This document shows, one piece after another, positions 43,066-53,861 of a stretch of 64,000 bases of DNA. The notes beneath the pieces are model-generated. The model saw nothing but the letters and a program-made list of their open reading frames with translations, ran no database searches and was not told the DNA's origin. The stretch's first letter is position 1, and every line of letters starts with the position of its first letter. The translations under genes and the position numbers were made by a program. The stretch lies in the NCBI GenBank assembly GCA_964489705.1, contig CAZAZQ010000005.1, forward strand, positions 101,496-165,495, in the 5' to 3' direction. This DNA comes from an uncultured Ignavibacteriales bacterium. Its GTDB lineage: Bacteria > Zixibacteria > MSB-5A5 > GN15 > FEB-12.

Positions 43066-44016
43066 TTATCGATTGACACCGACGGAAAGTTTGAAATTGG
43101 TTTGTGCCAGAAGCTTTTCCTGTCGAGTGCGAATCATCTCTTCGCTCATCGGGAAGTCAGGACCGACGTGCTCAATCATAATCGACGAGGTAGCGGAAGC
43201 AAAGCATCCGGCGCGACGGAGGTCACCGCCGCTTTTGAGGTATTCGAACGTGAACCCTGCCATGTAGACATCCCCGGAACCGGTCGCATCGACCAGATCA
43301 ATCTTATATGGAGGGATGTCGACAAATTCGTTTCCGTCGTAGACCAGAGAGCCAAGCTCCGCAAGCGTGATGATAACCACCTTCGGTCCCCACGACTTGA
43401 TAATTTTTGCCGCCTCATACGGATTGTCCCGGCAGTCAATGCCGGTGAGGATTTCACCTTCCAATTCGTTCGGCTTGACGATGTCGAATTGTCCGATTAC
43501 CTCCTCGATGCCGTCCACTTTTTCGTGATAAATTCTCCCGTTTTCATCAGCTCCGCGGATTAATCCTTGCGGGTCACAAAAATAGAGCCCCGAAAAGTTC
43601 TTCCTGATTTCTTTTATCAAGTCGAATGATACTTCTCCCAAGATAGGTCCGATGAGCACCGCGTTGGAGTCATTATACAGTGAGGGGTCTAACCGTTCGA
43701 TATCATCAGCCCGTCCCAACAAGTCCAGCGTCCGTCTGCCGTAGTCGTCATAATAAATCAGAGAAAACCCACCGGTTTCCCGCGAGGGAATAATTTCATA
43801 TTCAATGCCGTAACGGGCTAAATCCCGGACGAACTGTTCTTTGAAGTCATCTCCCACCGCTCCGATAAGCCGCACCGCTTCTCCCATCTTTGCCAATGCC
43901 AGTGCGGCGTTGGTGGAGCACCCGGAGAGGATGCGGCCGTTCGGTTCTACTTTTTGCGTTTTGATGTAATCGTATACCGGATTCCCTATGGCTGTAATCA
44001 CTGACTTACCTTTCAA
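43066..44016 (-). CDS. PfkB-family carbohydrate/nucleoside kinase
   Basis: The N-terminal GG-type motif context is LSGCSTNAALALAKMG. The C-terminal signature DATGSGDVYMAGF is the PfkB anion hole/catalytic Asp. Confidence 0.8.
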   Translation of the reverse strand: MKGKSVITAIGNPVYDYIKTQKVEPNGRILSGCSTNAALALAKMGEAVRLIGAVGDDFKEQFVRDLARYGIEYEIIPSRETGGFSLIYYDDYGRRTLDLLGRADDIERLDPSLYNDSNAVLIGPILGEVSFDLIKEIRKNFSGLYFCDPQGLIRGADENGRIYHEKVDGIEEVIGQFDIVKPNELEGEILTGIDCRDNPYEAAKIIKSWGPKVVIITLAELGSLVYDGNEFVDIPPYKIDLVDATGSGDVYMAGFTFEYLKSGGDLRRAGCFASATSSIMIEHVGPDFPMSEEMIRTRQEKLLAQTNFKLSVGVNR

Positions 44017-44059
44017 CGTTTACCTGATTATGTTTGTGAGAAGTATCTCTGACCGACTT

Positions 44060-44683
44060 TCAAACGTTTTGTTTATCCCCCAAAACTTTTTTGGCATAGA
44101 CTAGACGCTGCACGGACGTAATGAACGAGGTTACCCCGACGATAATGAGTGCAAACTCCAGCCATCCCCCCTTGGGCCAGGTTCCGACCGGATAGTACCA
44201 CTCGAGAACGGAGCCGATAATTATCAAAATGAATTTCTCCAGCCGTCCCATAATGCCCACTGCGCAGTTGTCTATCTTCCCGATGGACTCGGCGGCGGCG
44301 CGAGTGTAGCTGGCGATTATCATGCCGAACAAAGCGAACAACCCCCAACCGGGGTGGACTCGTCCCGACAGCGTAATACCAGCCAGTATAAAGAATTCTC
44401 CGTACCGATCGGAAACGTGGTCGAGAATGCCGCCGAAGACCGTCCCAATGTTCCCCGCTCGTGCGGTGGCGCCGTCCAACATATCCGTGAAAGCGGTTAC
44501 CAGCATCCAGAACACGCCCCATAACATGTAGCCTTTCCAGAAGTAGATACCGCAGACAATCGAACTCACAAAAGAAACACCGGTGAGGAAGTTGGGCTTC
44601 AAACCGAGCTTCAAGCAAAAACGCCCCAAAAAGAGCGAAGATTCCTCGTATATTTGCCGCTTTCGCTGATTTATCCCTGGCAA
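44060..44683 (-). CDS. CDP-alcohol phosphatidyltransferase family protein (archaetidylinositol-phosphate synthase-like)
   Basis: The motif DG(x2)AR(x8)G(x3)D(x3)D is present exactly, in DMLDGATARAGNIGTVFGGILDHVSDR. Six TM helices. Confidence 0.8.
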   Translation of the reverse strand: MPGINQRKRQIYEESSLFLGRFCLKLGLKPNFLTGVSFVSSIVCGIYFWKGYMLWGVFWMLVTAFTDMLDGATARAGNIGTVFGGILDHVSDRYGEFFILAGITLSGRVHPGWGLFALFGMIIASYTRAAAESIGKIDNCAVGIMGRLEKFILIIIGSVLEWYYPVGTWPKGGWLEFALIIVGVTSFITSVQRLVYAKKVLGDKQNV

Positions 44684-44862
44684 CTTTTCCGATCCTTCAT
44701 TCGTTTCTCAAAATTTGCATGGAATATATATCTTTTTTCCGATAGGTCAACGCTTTGCCCGTATTATTTTGCAAGAGAATCTCTTAGAAAAACTGCCCAC
44801 ACAATGGTATAAGGACAAAGATAGTCACGCTTTTCCGGTGAACGTGATTGACAATCACCTGA

Positions 44863-46963
<2,101 letters not shown>

Positions 46964-46970
46964 TTGCGTC

Positions 46971-47249
46971 ATGATTACGAAAACGGTAAAAATTGTCAAT
47001 AAGCTGGGGCTTCATGCCCGACCGGCGGCATTGCTGGTTTCGACGGCGGCGAAATTCGAGTCGCAAGTTTTTTTCACCAAGGGTGATTTGCGGGTCAACG
47101 GCAAATCCATCATGGGGGTGATGACCTTAGCGGCTGAAATGGGAGCGGACTTGACCATTGAAGTCGACGGACCCGATGAAGAAAAGGCGATGGAGGAAAT
47201 CGTCAGGGTGATTGAGTCCGGTTTCGGGGAGGACGAACGGGGGCAATAG
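46971..47249 (+). CDS. ptsH: HPr-family phosphocarrier protein
   Basis: MITKTVKIVNKLGLHARPAALLV carries the His15 motif and GKSIMGVMTLA carries the Ser46 motif. The ATG at 46971 lies 8 nt after the dprA stop. Confidence 0.9.
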   Translation: MITKTVKIVNKLGLHARPAALLVSTAAKFESQVFFTKGDLRVNGKSIMGVMTLAAEMGADLTIEVDGPDEEKAMEEIVRVIESGFGEDERGQ

Positions 47250-47286
47250 TGGTAGCAGGGGAGTAAAAATAGAACAGAAAAGATAC

Positions 47287-47308
47287 GGTCGGGAAAGGAT
47301 TCCCGACC
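47287..47308 (+). terminator. Stem-loop (9-bp GC-rich stem, AGGA loop) downstream of ptsH, a possible terminator
   Basis: GGTCGGGAA-AGGA-TTCCCGACC was read directly. A T-run (GTGTTTTA) follows only after ~17 nt, so this is not a canonical intrinsic terminator. Confidence 0.35.
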
Positions 47309-47340
47309 GCGCGCGCCCTACGGGTGTTTTATCGAGTTCC

Positions 47341-47366
47341 GGTAGGGCATGGTCTGGGACAGACCT
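47341..47366 (+). repeat. 26-nt perfect direct repeat, copy 1 (contains GGTCTG-GGA-CAGACC hairpin)
   Basis: GGTAGGGCATGGTCTGGGACAGACCT is identical to 47511-47536. Confidence 0.9.
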
Positions 47367-47510
47367 ACTTTTTTTGACATTTCTATCTCATCAGGTCTCT
47401 TCGAGACCTGATCTACAATTGCTGCAAGCGGTGGGGCACAGCCTTGGCTGTTTTATCGTCTCATATAAGTTCTGCTTCCTTTTGGCAACTTAATGAGACA
47501 CCCTTAGAAT

Positions 47511-47536
47511 GGTAGGGCATGGTCTGGGACAGACCT
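47511..47536 (+). repeat. 26-nt perfect direct repeat, copy 2
   Basis: It is identical to 47341-47366 and lies at the 5' truncation point of the IS110-like transposase fragment. Confidence 0.9.
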
Positions 47537-47555
47537 GCCATCAGCTTTTCCATAT

Positions 47556-47768
47556 TTGGCAAGTCTCTTCGAGACTTTCCCTTATATGCCGGCTCTCGTC
47601 GCCGTCCACTGCAACCCCCTCCTGAGACCGTTCTATCAACGACTGCTCAAAAACGGAAAACCCAAAAAACTCGCCCTCATCGCCGCCATGCGAAAGTTGC
47701 TGCTCATCTGCAGAGCCATTCTCATTACGCAAAAACCTTTCAACCCTAAACGAAACCTTGACTCTTAA
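47556..47768 (+). pseudogene. C-terminal fragment (~65-70 aa) of an IS110-family transposase/recombinase
   Basis: YMPALVAVHCNPLLRPFYQRLLKNGKPKKLALIAAMRKLLLICRAILITQKPFNP matches the conserved C-terminal end of IS110/IS1111 transposases (NP.L..FY.RL...GK.KKVAL.A..RKLL). The N-terminal RuvC-like (DEDD) domain is absent. Confidence 0.75.
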
Positions 47769-47887
47769 GACGGTATCTACGGGTTTTGTCAGGAAGGGGT
47801 TTCCTAATCCGTTCCGAATCTTCCCTACATGTTCTGCCATGAAAGGCAGAGCTGTTTCGGATCTCCTCTACTTGTCTGAAGTCGTGG

Positions 47888-48667
47888 TTACGGTTTTCGT
47901 GCTTTCAATGAAAACATAAGCGGGTAGGGGGGAGGTCCTTCCGGGGGGTACCAGTAACCGTGTTGTTCCACCCAATTTTCATGAAGAGGGTAATAGCTTT
48001 TGTCGAATTCGTTGAGAAGTTCGATGACGAGACCGGATTGGATAAGAGTATTGACGATTTCGGAGAGAGGGTGATGCCACTCAATGAGTTCGTTCTTGAT
48101 GGTATAGGTACGGTCGCAGTAGTCCGGTTGGTTGGTATAGTGTTTGGCTTCCGTATCGAAGTAGGAAATAGGCTCTTCTCCGAAAACGTATGAAATGGGA
48201 TGGGTGTCGATAGTGTAAAAAACGCCGCCCGGCTTGAGATGGTGAGCGACGACATATCCCCACTTTTTCAAGTCGGAAAGCCATGTGAAGGTGCCGTACG
48301 ACTGGAAGACGATGTCGAATTTCCGGTCGATTTTCCCTATCAAGTCGTTCACATCGGATTGAATGAATTCCGCCGGCAGCCCGGTTCTCTCTTTCAGTTC
48401 GTTGGCTCGAGCGATAGAGGCATCGGAAATGTCGACCCCGACGACGGTCGCTCCTCGCCGTGCCCACGAAAGGGTGTCGAGCCCGAACTGACACATCAGG
48501 TGAAGCAAGTTTTTCCCATAAACGTCACCAACTTCACACAGTTCGATAGATTTGAGCGTTGAACGCCCTTCAAGAAATTCTTTAACTTTATAATCCGGAT
48601 GCTTGAAATGGACGTCGGTCATTTCGTTCCAAGCGATTCTGTTTTTTTCATGATCCGGATGCGGCAT
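47888..48667 (-). CDS. Class I SAM-dependent methyltransferase
   Basis: Motif I context is LLHLMCQFGLDTLSWARRGATVVGVDISDASI. The post-I acidic residue and motif II (FDIVFQSYG) are present. Confidence 0.8.
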   Translation of the reverse strand: MPHPDHEKNRIAWNEMTDVHFKHPDYKVKEFLEGRSTLKSIELCEVGDVYGKNLLHLMCQFGLDTLSWARRGATVVGVDISDASIARANELKERTGLPAEFIQSDVNDLIGKIDRKFDIVFQSYGTFTWLSDLKKWGYVVAHHLKPGGVFYTIDTHPISYVFGEEPISYFDTEAKHYTNQPDYCDRTYTIKNELIEWHHPLSEIVNTLIQSGLVIELLNEFDKSYYPLHENWVEQHGYWYPPEGPPPYPLMFSLKARKP

Positions 48668-49746
48668 TATTTCCTCGCTTTCACCATTGCTATGATACCG
48701 ATAACAAAGAACAAGCCATTGATACCCCAGATGGCAAGTTCTTTCGGCACTCGTTCGTTATAACCAGCCGATTGTAATATCCGAAAAAGAACGAAGTAAG
48801 CAAGCGAAATCAACGCCCCCGCCGCAATTGAGACCGCAATTCCGCCGCGACGCGGGTTGGAAGCGAACGGAATGCTGATGAGAATGATTATTATCGAGGT
48901 CAAAGGGTAAGAAATCTTGATTCCTAAGTCGATTGACTCTCGAAGATACGGTCCACCGGTTCGTTTCATCAATTCGATGTACGATTTCAGTTCTTCGTAG
49001 CCCATATCTTCCGGTTTGCCGATGCGTTTGGAAAAATCCTGCGGAGTATCTTCAATATCGGGCAAAGGCATTTCAATGAAGGTAGAAAAGGTCTCTCCCA
49101 GGGAATCGAAATTGCGAATCATTCCTTCTTGCGCATACCAGCGATTATCTCGGTAGACCAGCGTTGCCGCAGTGATGATTTTATCGAGCCGGTTGTGTTC
49201 GGTCTTGTAGAGCTTGAAGTCTTTCCCGATGCCGCGGTCGATGTGGAAATTCCCAATCGTGTAGAAATAGCCCGGCTGAATCTGCCGGTATATGTTGTCG
49301 ACATATTTGAAGCTCTGCTTGGAGCGCTTTTCGATGGTAAATTCTTTGATTTCCAGCCGCCGTTTGTTGGCGGGAGGGTAGAGATACTCGCTGTAATAAA
49401 AGTGCCCCGCAGCCAGTATGATGGTGACGATCAAATACGGCAGGGTAATGCGATACAACGACAGCCCGGAGGCTTTCATTGCCAGAAGCTCGTTGCGGCG
49501 AGCGAGAATGGAAACCGAAAACAAAGTCGCCAAGAGGACAAACATAGGAAAAAACGACTTGATGACCCAGCCGCCGAAGTACAGATAATATTCGGCAATA
49601 ATGCTCAACGGTACTTTGTGGTCGATGAAGTCGCGGAGCTCTTCGACGACATTGATAATAATAATGGTCACACCAACCGCAAGAATGACCACCGCAAGGG
49701 TAGGGAGATATGACTTAAGCAGGTATTGATCGATTTTTTTTATCAT
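48667..49746 (-). CDS. lptG: LPS export ABC permease, LptG-like (YjgP/YjgQ family)
   Basis: 359 aa with three N-terminal TM helices, a periplasmic beta-jellyroll region and three C-terminal TM helices. The N-terminus is KKIDQYLLKSYL. It follows the lptF-like gene with a 4-nt gap. Confidence 0.7.
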   Translation of the reverse strand: MIKKIDQYLLKSYLPTLAVVILAVGVTIIIINVVEELRDFIDHKVPLSIIAEYYLYFGGWVIKSFFPMFVLLATLFSVSILARRNELLAMKASGLSLYRITLPYLIVTIILAAGHFYYSEYLYPPANKRRLEIKEFTIEKRSKQSFKYVDNIYRQIQPGYFYTIGNFHIDRGIGKDFKLYKTEHNRLDKIITAATLVYRDNRWYAQEGMIRNFDSLGETFSTFIEMPLPDIEDTPQDFSKRIGKPEDMGYEELKSYIELMKRTGGPYLRESIDLGIKISYPLTSIIIILISIPFASNPRRGGIAVSIAAGALISLAYFVLFRILQSAGYNERVPKELAIWGINGLFFVIGIIAMVKARK

Positions 49747-49750
49747 ATCC

Positions 49751-51085
49751 CTATCCGGTGAGCTTCCGCAGAAAACCCAACAGTGGTTTTTCGGTAACCA
49801 CGATGTAGAGAAGATAAGTGCCGATGCCGCTAACTAAAAAGTTTGCGCTCCACATCGCCCAAAATGGCGATACCAAACCTCGGTCGGCAAGATCTTCTCC
49901 GCCGATGAGAAATGCCCAGTACACAATAAATAACAATATGGAAACGGCGATAGCGGTTCCCATCCCGCCGCGTTTGGTCAGAATTCCCAAAGGAGCACCG
50001 ATGAGCACGAACGCCAACGATGCGGCGGGAATCGAGTATTTCTTGTAGATTTCAATGAGATACTTGTTTACGACTCGTTGCTGGGCTTTGATTTGTTGTT
50101 TGTTGCGGGTGAGATGTTTTGCCAAGTCGGCGGCGTCACGTTTGACCACGGCAATCGCCGCCGAGTCGGACAAACTGTCGGGAATCGGTGCCGATACACT
50201 GTCGGCGTTGGAAAACAACGACTCGATTTTCTGCTGGATTGTCATCGAGATACGTTCGCGGAAGGGAATGATGGCTTGGCGAGCGTGGTCGACATTGGCT
50301 TGCATCTGCTTGATGGACATCTCCCGGTCGGTGCGATAGTCAAAGGAGTGGCGTTTCAGTTTCGAGCCGGTGCCGGTTACGTTGATGACCTGTTTCTGGA
50401 AATCGACTTTGTGGTAGTTTTCCGGGTTTTTGACATCCAGTGAGTGCAGCTCGCCATCGTAAAGCGTGAACCGCAGATTTTCCCCTTGGTCGGTAACCTG
50501 TAAATAGCCGTAGTCGGCAACGATGATTTGAGGTTTCTGGGGATCTTTCGTTTCGGTAATGCGCACTCCTTCGATGCGGGACGTGGCGTGGTCGATTTTG
50601 TCGATTAAAATGAGGTAGCCGGGGATATCGGAAATGAAAATCCCCGACCGGAACACTAAAGTCGGTCTCATACGGGAAATATCGGTGCGGAGAGTGCGGG
50701 CGCGCTTGTTCAAATCCGGCAGGATCCTATCGTTGAATCCAATCATGAGCACCGCAATAATCCCGGCGGCTATCAAGAGAGGAAAAATGATGCGCAGGAG
50801 GTTAATCCCGGATGCCTTCATGGCGGTAATCTCGAAGTCCGAGGTCAGCCGCCCGAACGCCATCAAAGTTGCTACCAGAACGGACATGGGAACGGAGAGA
50901 GCAATCATCCACGCCAAATTCAAACCGATGAGTTCCAGTACGACCGAGACGGGCAAGTCTTTGTCTAAAACACTGTTGACAATTTTCGGTACAAAGTCAA
51001 TAATGAGCAGGAAGGTAATGGTAAAAAAGGCAAAGAGAAACGGTCCCAGATGTTCTTTAAGAATGTAGCGACTCAATATCTTCAT
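49751..51085 (-). CDS. lptF: LPS export ABC permease, LptF-like (YjgP/YjgQ family)
   Basis: MKILSRYILKEHLGPFLFAF is the typical YjgP/YjgQ N-terminus. The 3+3 TM topology has an enlarged periplasmic/linker region. Confidence 0.7.
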   Translation of the reverse strand: MKILSRYILKEHLGPFLFAFFTITFLLIIDFVPKIVNSVLDKDLPVSVVLELIGLNLAWMIALSVPMSVLVATLMAFGRLTSDFEITAMKASGINLLRIIFPLLIAAGIIAVLMIGFNDRILPDLNKRARTLRTDISRMRPTLVFRSGIFISDIPGYLILIDKIDHATSRIEGVRITETKDPQKPQIIVADYGYLQVTDQGENLRFTLYDGELHSLDVKNPENYHKVDFQKQVINVTGTGSKLKRHSFDYRTDREMSIKQMQANVDHARQAIIPFRERISMTIQQKIESLFSNADSVSAPIPDSLSDSAAIAVVKRDAADLAKHLTRNKQQIKAQQRVVNKYLIEIYKKYSIPAASLAFVLIGAPLGILTKRGGMGTAIAVSILLFIVYWAFLIGGEDLADRGLVSPFWAMWSANFLVSGIGTYLLYIVVTEKPLLGFLRKLTG

Positions 51086-51185
51086 AGCGATAGAAATATA
51101 TATACCTTATACCGTTGTCAACCAACAGTGTGTTCGTATGAAATCTCATACGGTTCGGTTTCAATGATAGGAGTTCCGGCGTTAG

Positions 51186-52148
51186 ATGGGAAATAAAAAG
51201 ATTGTCGATTTTGTGGTGAACGACAACATCACGTCGTTTTTTGCGGTGCGGAAAAAGGTCGTGAGAGAGTATACCCGCGGGCAATTCGTACAGCTTGAGT
51301 TAGGGGACAATACGGGGAGAATCCCTGCGGTTATCTGGGAGCCGGATACCTTCAGCCTTTCGGAATTGGAAGAGGGGATGGTGGTCAAAGTTCGGGGAGT
51401 GGTCGGCGAGTATCAGAACAAGCGGCAATTGGTGGTCAATCGCATTCGCCTGGCTCGAGACGGAGAATATGAGTTAGAGGATATTCTTCCCCATGCCCCG
51501 GAAAGCGAAGAAACCCGCAAAGCCCGCATCTTGGCGCTGACGGAACGAATCGAAAATGCCTACATTAAAAAATTGGTGGAGTCGTTCTGGCAGGATGAGG
51601 ATTTTTTCAAAAGTTTTCTCACCGCTGCCGCCGGGAAGTTGTGGCATCATGCGTACGTGGGCGGGTTGTCGGAGCACTCCGCCAACGTGGCGGAGCTGGC
51701 GCTGCGGGTAGCCTCCGGATATGATTTTCTCAATCGTGACCTGCTTATTTTCGGCGGGCTTTTTCACGACATAGGAAAAATCGCCCAGTATTCCACCAAC
51801 ATAGTTATCGACTATACGGATGAGGGTCGACTGGTCGGACATATCAGTATTGCCGATGAGTGGGTCTGTCGACGGGCTCACGCCATCCCGACGTTCCCCG
51901 ACAGTCTCTTGATGAAATTGCGGCATCTAATTCTCTCTCATCAAGGAGAGTATGAGTATGCGTCGCCGATTCTTCCCCAAATGCCGGAAGCGTTCGTCGT
52001 CTATTACTGTGATGAAATCGACAGCAAGATGGGGGCGATAAAACGGATTCGAGATCGCCACGGCGGAGTCGGATGGTCTGACTATGTGAAACTGTTAGAC
52101 CGTTATCTCTACTTTGGCGAGAAAGTTTCCGAGGAGGACGATGACTGA
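51186..52148 (+). CDS. OB-fold + HD-domain 3'-5' exoribonuclease, YhaM-like
   Basis: An N-terminal OB-fold segment is followed by an HD domain (WHHAYVGGLSEHSANVA and GGLFHDIGK). Confidence 0.75.
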   Translation: MGNKKIVDFVVNDNITSFFAVRKKVVREYTRGQFVQLELGDNTGRIPAVIWEPDTFSLSELEEGMVVKVRGVVGEYQNKRQLVVNRIRLARDGEYELEDILPHAPESEETRKARILALTERIENAYIKKLVESFWQDEDFFKSFLTAAAGKLWHHAYVGGLSEHSANVAELALRVASGYDFLNRDLLIFGGLFHDIGKIAQYSTNIVIDYTDEGRLVGHISIADEWVCRRAHAIPTFPDSLLMKLRHLILSHQGEYEYASPILPQMPEAFVVYYCDEIDSKMGAIKRIRDRHGGVGWSDYVKLLDRYLYFGEKVSEEDDD

Positions 52149-52872
52149 CAACGAGACACTCCTTGAAGCGGTGAAAGTCTCACGTACGGTAGACGTGGAG
52201 GGGAAGCCGAAACAAATCATTGCCGACTTTTCTTACCTCTTTCGGAAAGGGGGCATCTACACGATTATCGGACCTTCCGGCGCCGGGAAATCGACCCTCC
52301 TTCGGTTGCTAAACCGCTTAGACGAACCGACCGGCGGAAAAATTCTCTTTCATGGCAAAAACATTACCGAATATGCTCCCTGTCGACTGCGGCGTCGGAT
52401 CGGTTACCTTTTTCAAACGCCGTACCTTTTCCCTCGCACCGTTCGGGATAATTTTCTGTTCGTGGACAATTCGCTCACGGAAGGGCGCATCACGCAGTTG
52501 TTGAGCCAGGTACATATTCCCATTTCGTTTCTGGAACAGGACGTGGAGAAATTGTCGATAGGGGAGAAGCAACGAGTAGCGATTGCCCGGTTACTGGCGA
52601 CCCAACCGGAAGTCATTCTCCTGGATGAGCCGACTTCAGCGTTGGATCCCAGCAATACGGAAGCGATTGAGCGATTGATAAAGGATCTCGTGCACGGCGA
52701 TAGTTTGACTATCATTATGGTTACCCATAATCCGGAACAAGCCCTTCGCATGGGAGGTGAGACGCTTCTCATGGTCGGGGGACGGCTCCAAGAAGCAGGA
52801 GCGTGTGAGGAAGTTATCAACCATCCCCGATCAGAAGCGGGAAAACGGTATAAAGCGAAGGAACTCCAATGA
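52141..52872 (+). CDS. fetA: ABC transporter ATP-binding protein, FetA/YbbL-like
   Basis: The ATG at 52141 is preceded by GAGGAGGA and forms an ATGACTGA overlap with the upstream stop. Walker A is GPSGAGKST, the signature is LSIGEKQRVAIARLL, and Walker B is ILLDEPTSALD. Confidence 0.75.
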   Translation: MTDNETLLEAVKVSRTVDVEGKPKQIIADFSYLFRKGGIYTIIGPSGAGKSTLLRLLNRLDEPTGGKILFHGKNITEYAPCRLRRRIGYLFQTPYLFPRTVRDNFLFVDNSLTEGRITQLLSQVHIPISFLEQDVEKLSIGEKQRVAIARLLATQPEVILLDEPTSALDPSNTEAIERLIKDLVHGDSLTIIMVTHNPEQALRMGGETLLMVGGRLQEAGACEEVINHPRSEAGKRYKAKELQ

Positions 52873-53627
52873 CGAGTCCGACTTTTTTGCAGGTGTTGCT
52901 GGCGGCTGTTCTGGTCGCTATCGCTATAGGCGTCGCCAGGTGGTGGCGAATCCCCGTTGCCAAAGAAATGGCGCTGGGATCGGTACGTTCCTTTATTCAA
53001 CTGCTGGCGGTGGGGTATGCGCTGGAGGTCATTTTCGACCTGGAATCTTTGTGGCTGATAGCCCTTGCCATCCTCATTATGATGACGGTGGGGGCTCATG
53101 CGGCGTCGGGGCGAGTCAAGCAGGTGCGGCACGTCTTTCCCATCACCTTTTCAGCAATGATTTTTGGCTCGTTGGTTACGTTGGCGACCATGTTGGTGCT
53201 GAACATCATCCCGCTGGAGGCTCGGTATGTTATCCCGCTGGCAGGGATGATAATCAGCAATTCGATGAACGCCTCCGCTCTTACGATAGACCGCCTGGCG
53301 TCGGATCTGAAAAGTAACAGGCTGGCGATAGAGACGGCGCTTTCGCTGGGCAAGAATTGGCGGGAGGCGAGCTGTCATTTTCAGCAGAAAGCGGTGCGGA
53401 CGGGAATGATTTCGATTTTGAACTTTATGAAAACGGTCGGAATCGTTGCGCTGCCGGGAGCAATGACCGGAATGATATTGGGTGGGGCGGAACCGTTAGA
53501 GGCTGTGCTGTTACAGGTGATAGTCGGATATATGCTGCTCTCGGCGGTGACGATTACTTCCATCGTGGCGGTGGAGCTTACCGTCCGCAAGTTTTTCACT
53601 CCTTTCCATCAAATGCGCTGGGAATGA
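52869..53627 (+). CDS. fetB: UPF0014-family ABC permease, FetB/YbbM-like (putative iron export)
   Basis: Polytopic membrane protein. VRSFIQLLAVGYALEVIF parallels the conserved R..IQL..VGY.L..IF of YbbM/FetB. It overlaps fetA by 4 nt. Confidence 0.75.
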   Translation: MTSPTFLQVLLAAVLVAIAIGVARWWRIPVAKEMALGSVRSFIQLLAVGYALEVIFDLESLWLIALAILIMMTVGAHAASGRVKQVRHVFPITFSAMIFGSLVTLATMLVLNIIPLEARYVIPLAGMIISNSMNASALTIDRLASDLKSNRLAIETALSLGKNWREASCHFQQKAVRTGMISILNFMKTVGIVALPGAMTGMILGGAEPLEAVLLQVIVGYMLLSAVTITSIVAVELTVRKFFTPFHQMRWE

Positions 53628-53775
53628 AGGAGGGGTGAAAGAGGGGAGAAAGGTTGAAAAAAATAAGGAGGCCACAAATTTGAGGGTAGGCGAAAGTTAG
53701 CTCTTGTCTTTTGTGGTGATTCGTATAAATTAGAGCACGGACTTCCGGGAAACACCGGAAGAGACAGTTGTAGAC

Positions 53776-53861
53776 GGAGAGATGGCCGAGTGGTTGAAGG
53801 CGCACGCCTGGAGAGCGTGTATAGGTAACCCCTATCCAGGGTTCGAATCCCTGTCTCTCCG
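53776..53861 (+). tRNA. tRNA-Ser (anticodon GGA), class II with a long variable arm
   Basis: Folded manually. Acceptor is GGAGAGA/TCTCTCC plus discriminator G. D-arm is GCCGAGTGGTTGAAGGC. Anticodon stem is CACGC/GCGTG with loop CTGGAGA. Variable arm is TATAGGTAACCCCTATC. T-arm is CAGGG-TTCGAAT-CCCTG. Confidence 0.92.

Noticed and set aside
47212-47493. 93-aa + strand ORF spanning the ptsH 3' end, the terminator-like hairpin and repeat copy 1
   Set aside because: It runs through hairpins and repeats, overlaps ptsH out of frame, and has no SD and no recognisable sequence. It is most likely non-coding.
47541-47887. Idea that the IS110 remnant still encodes a functional recombinase/bridge-RNA unit
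   Set aside because: Only the last ~65 aa of the transposase are present and the catalytic N-terminal domain is missing. I cannot identify bridge-RNA features by eye, so the region is treated as a decayed element.
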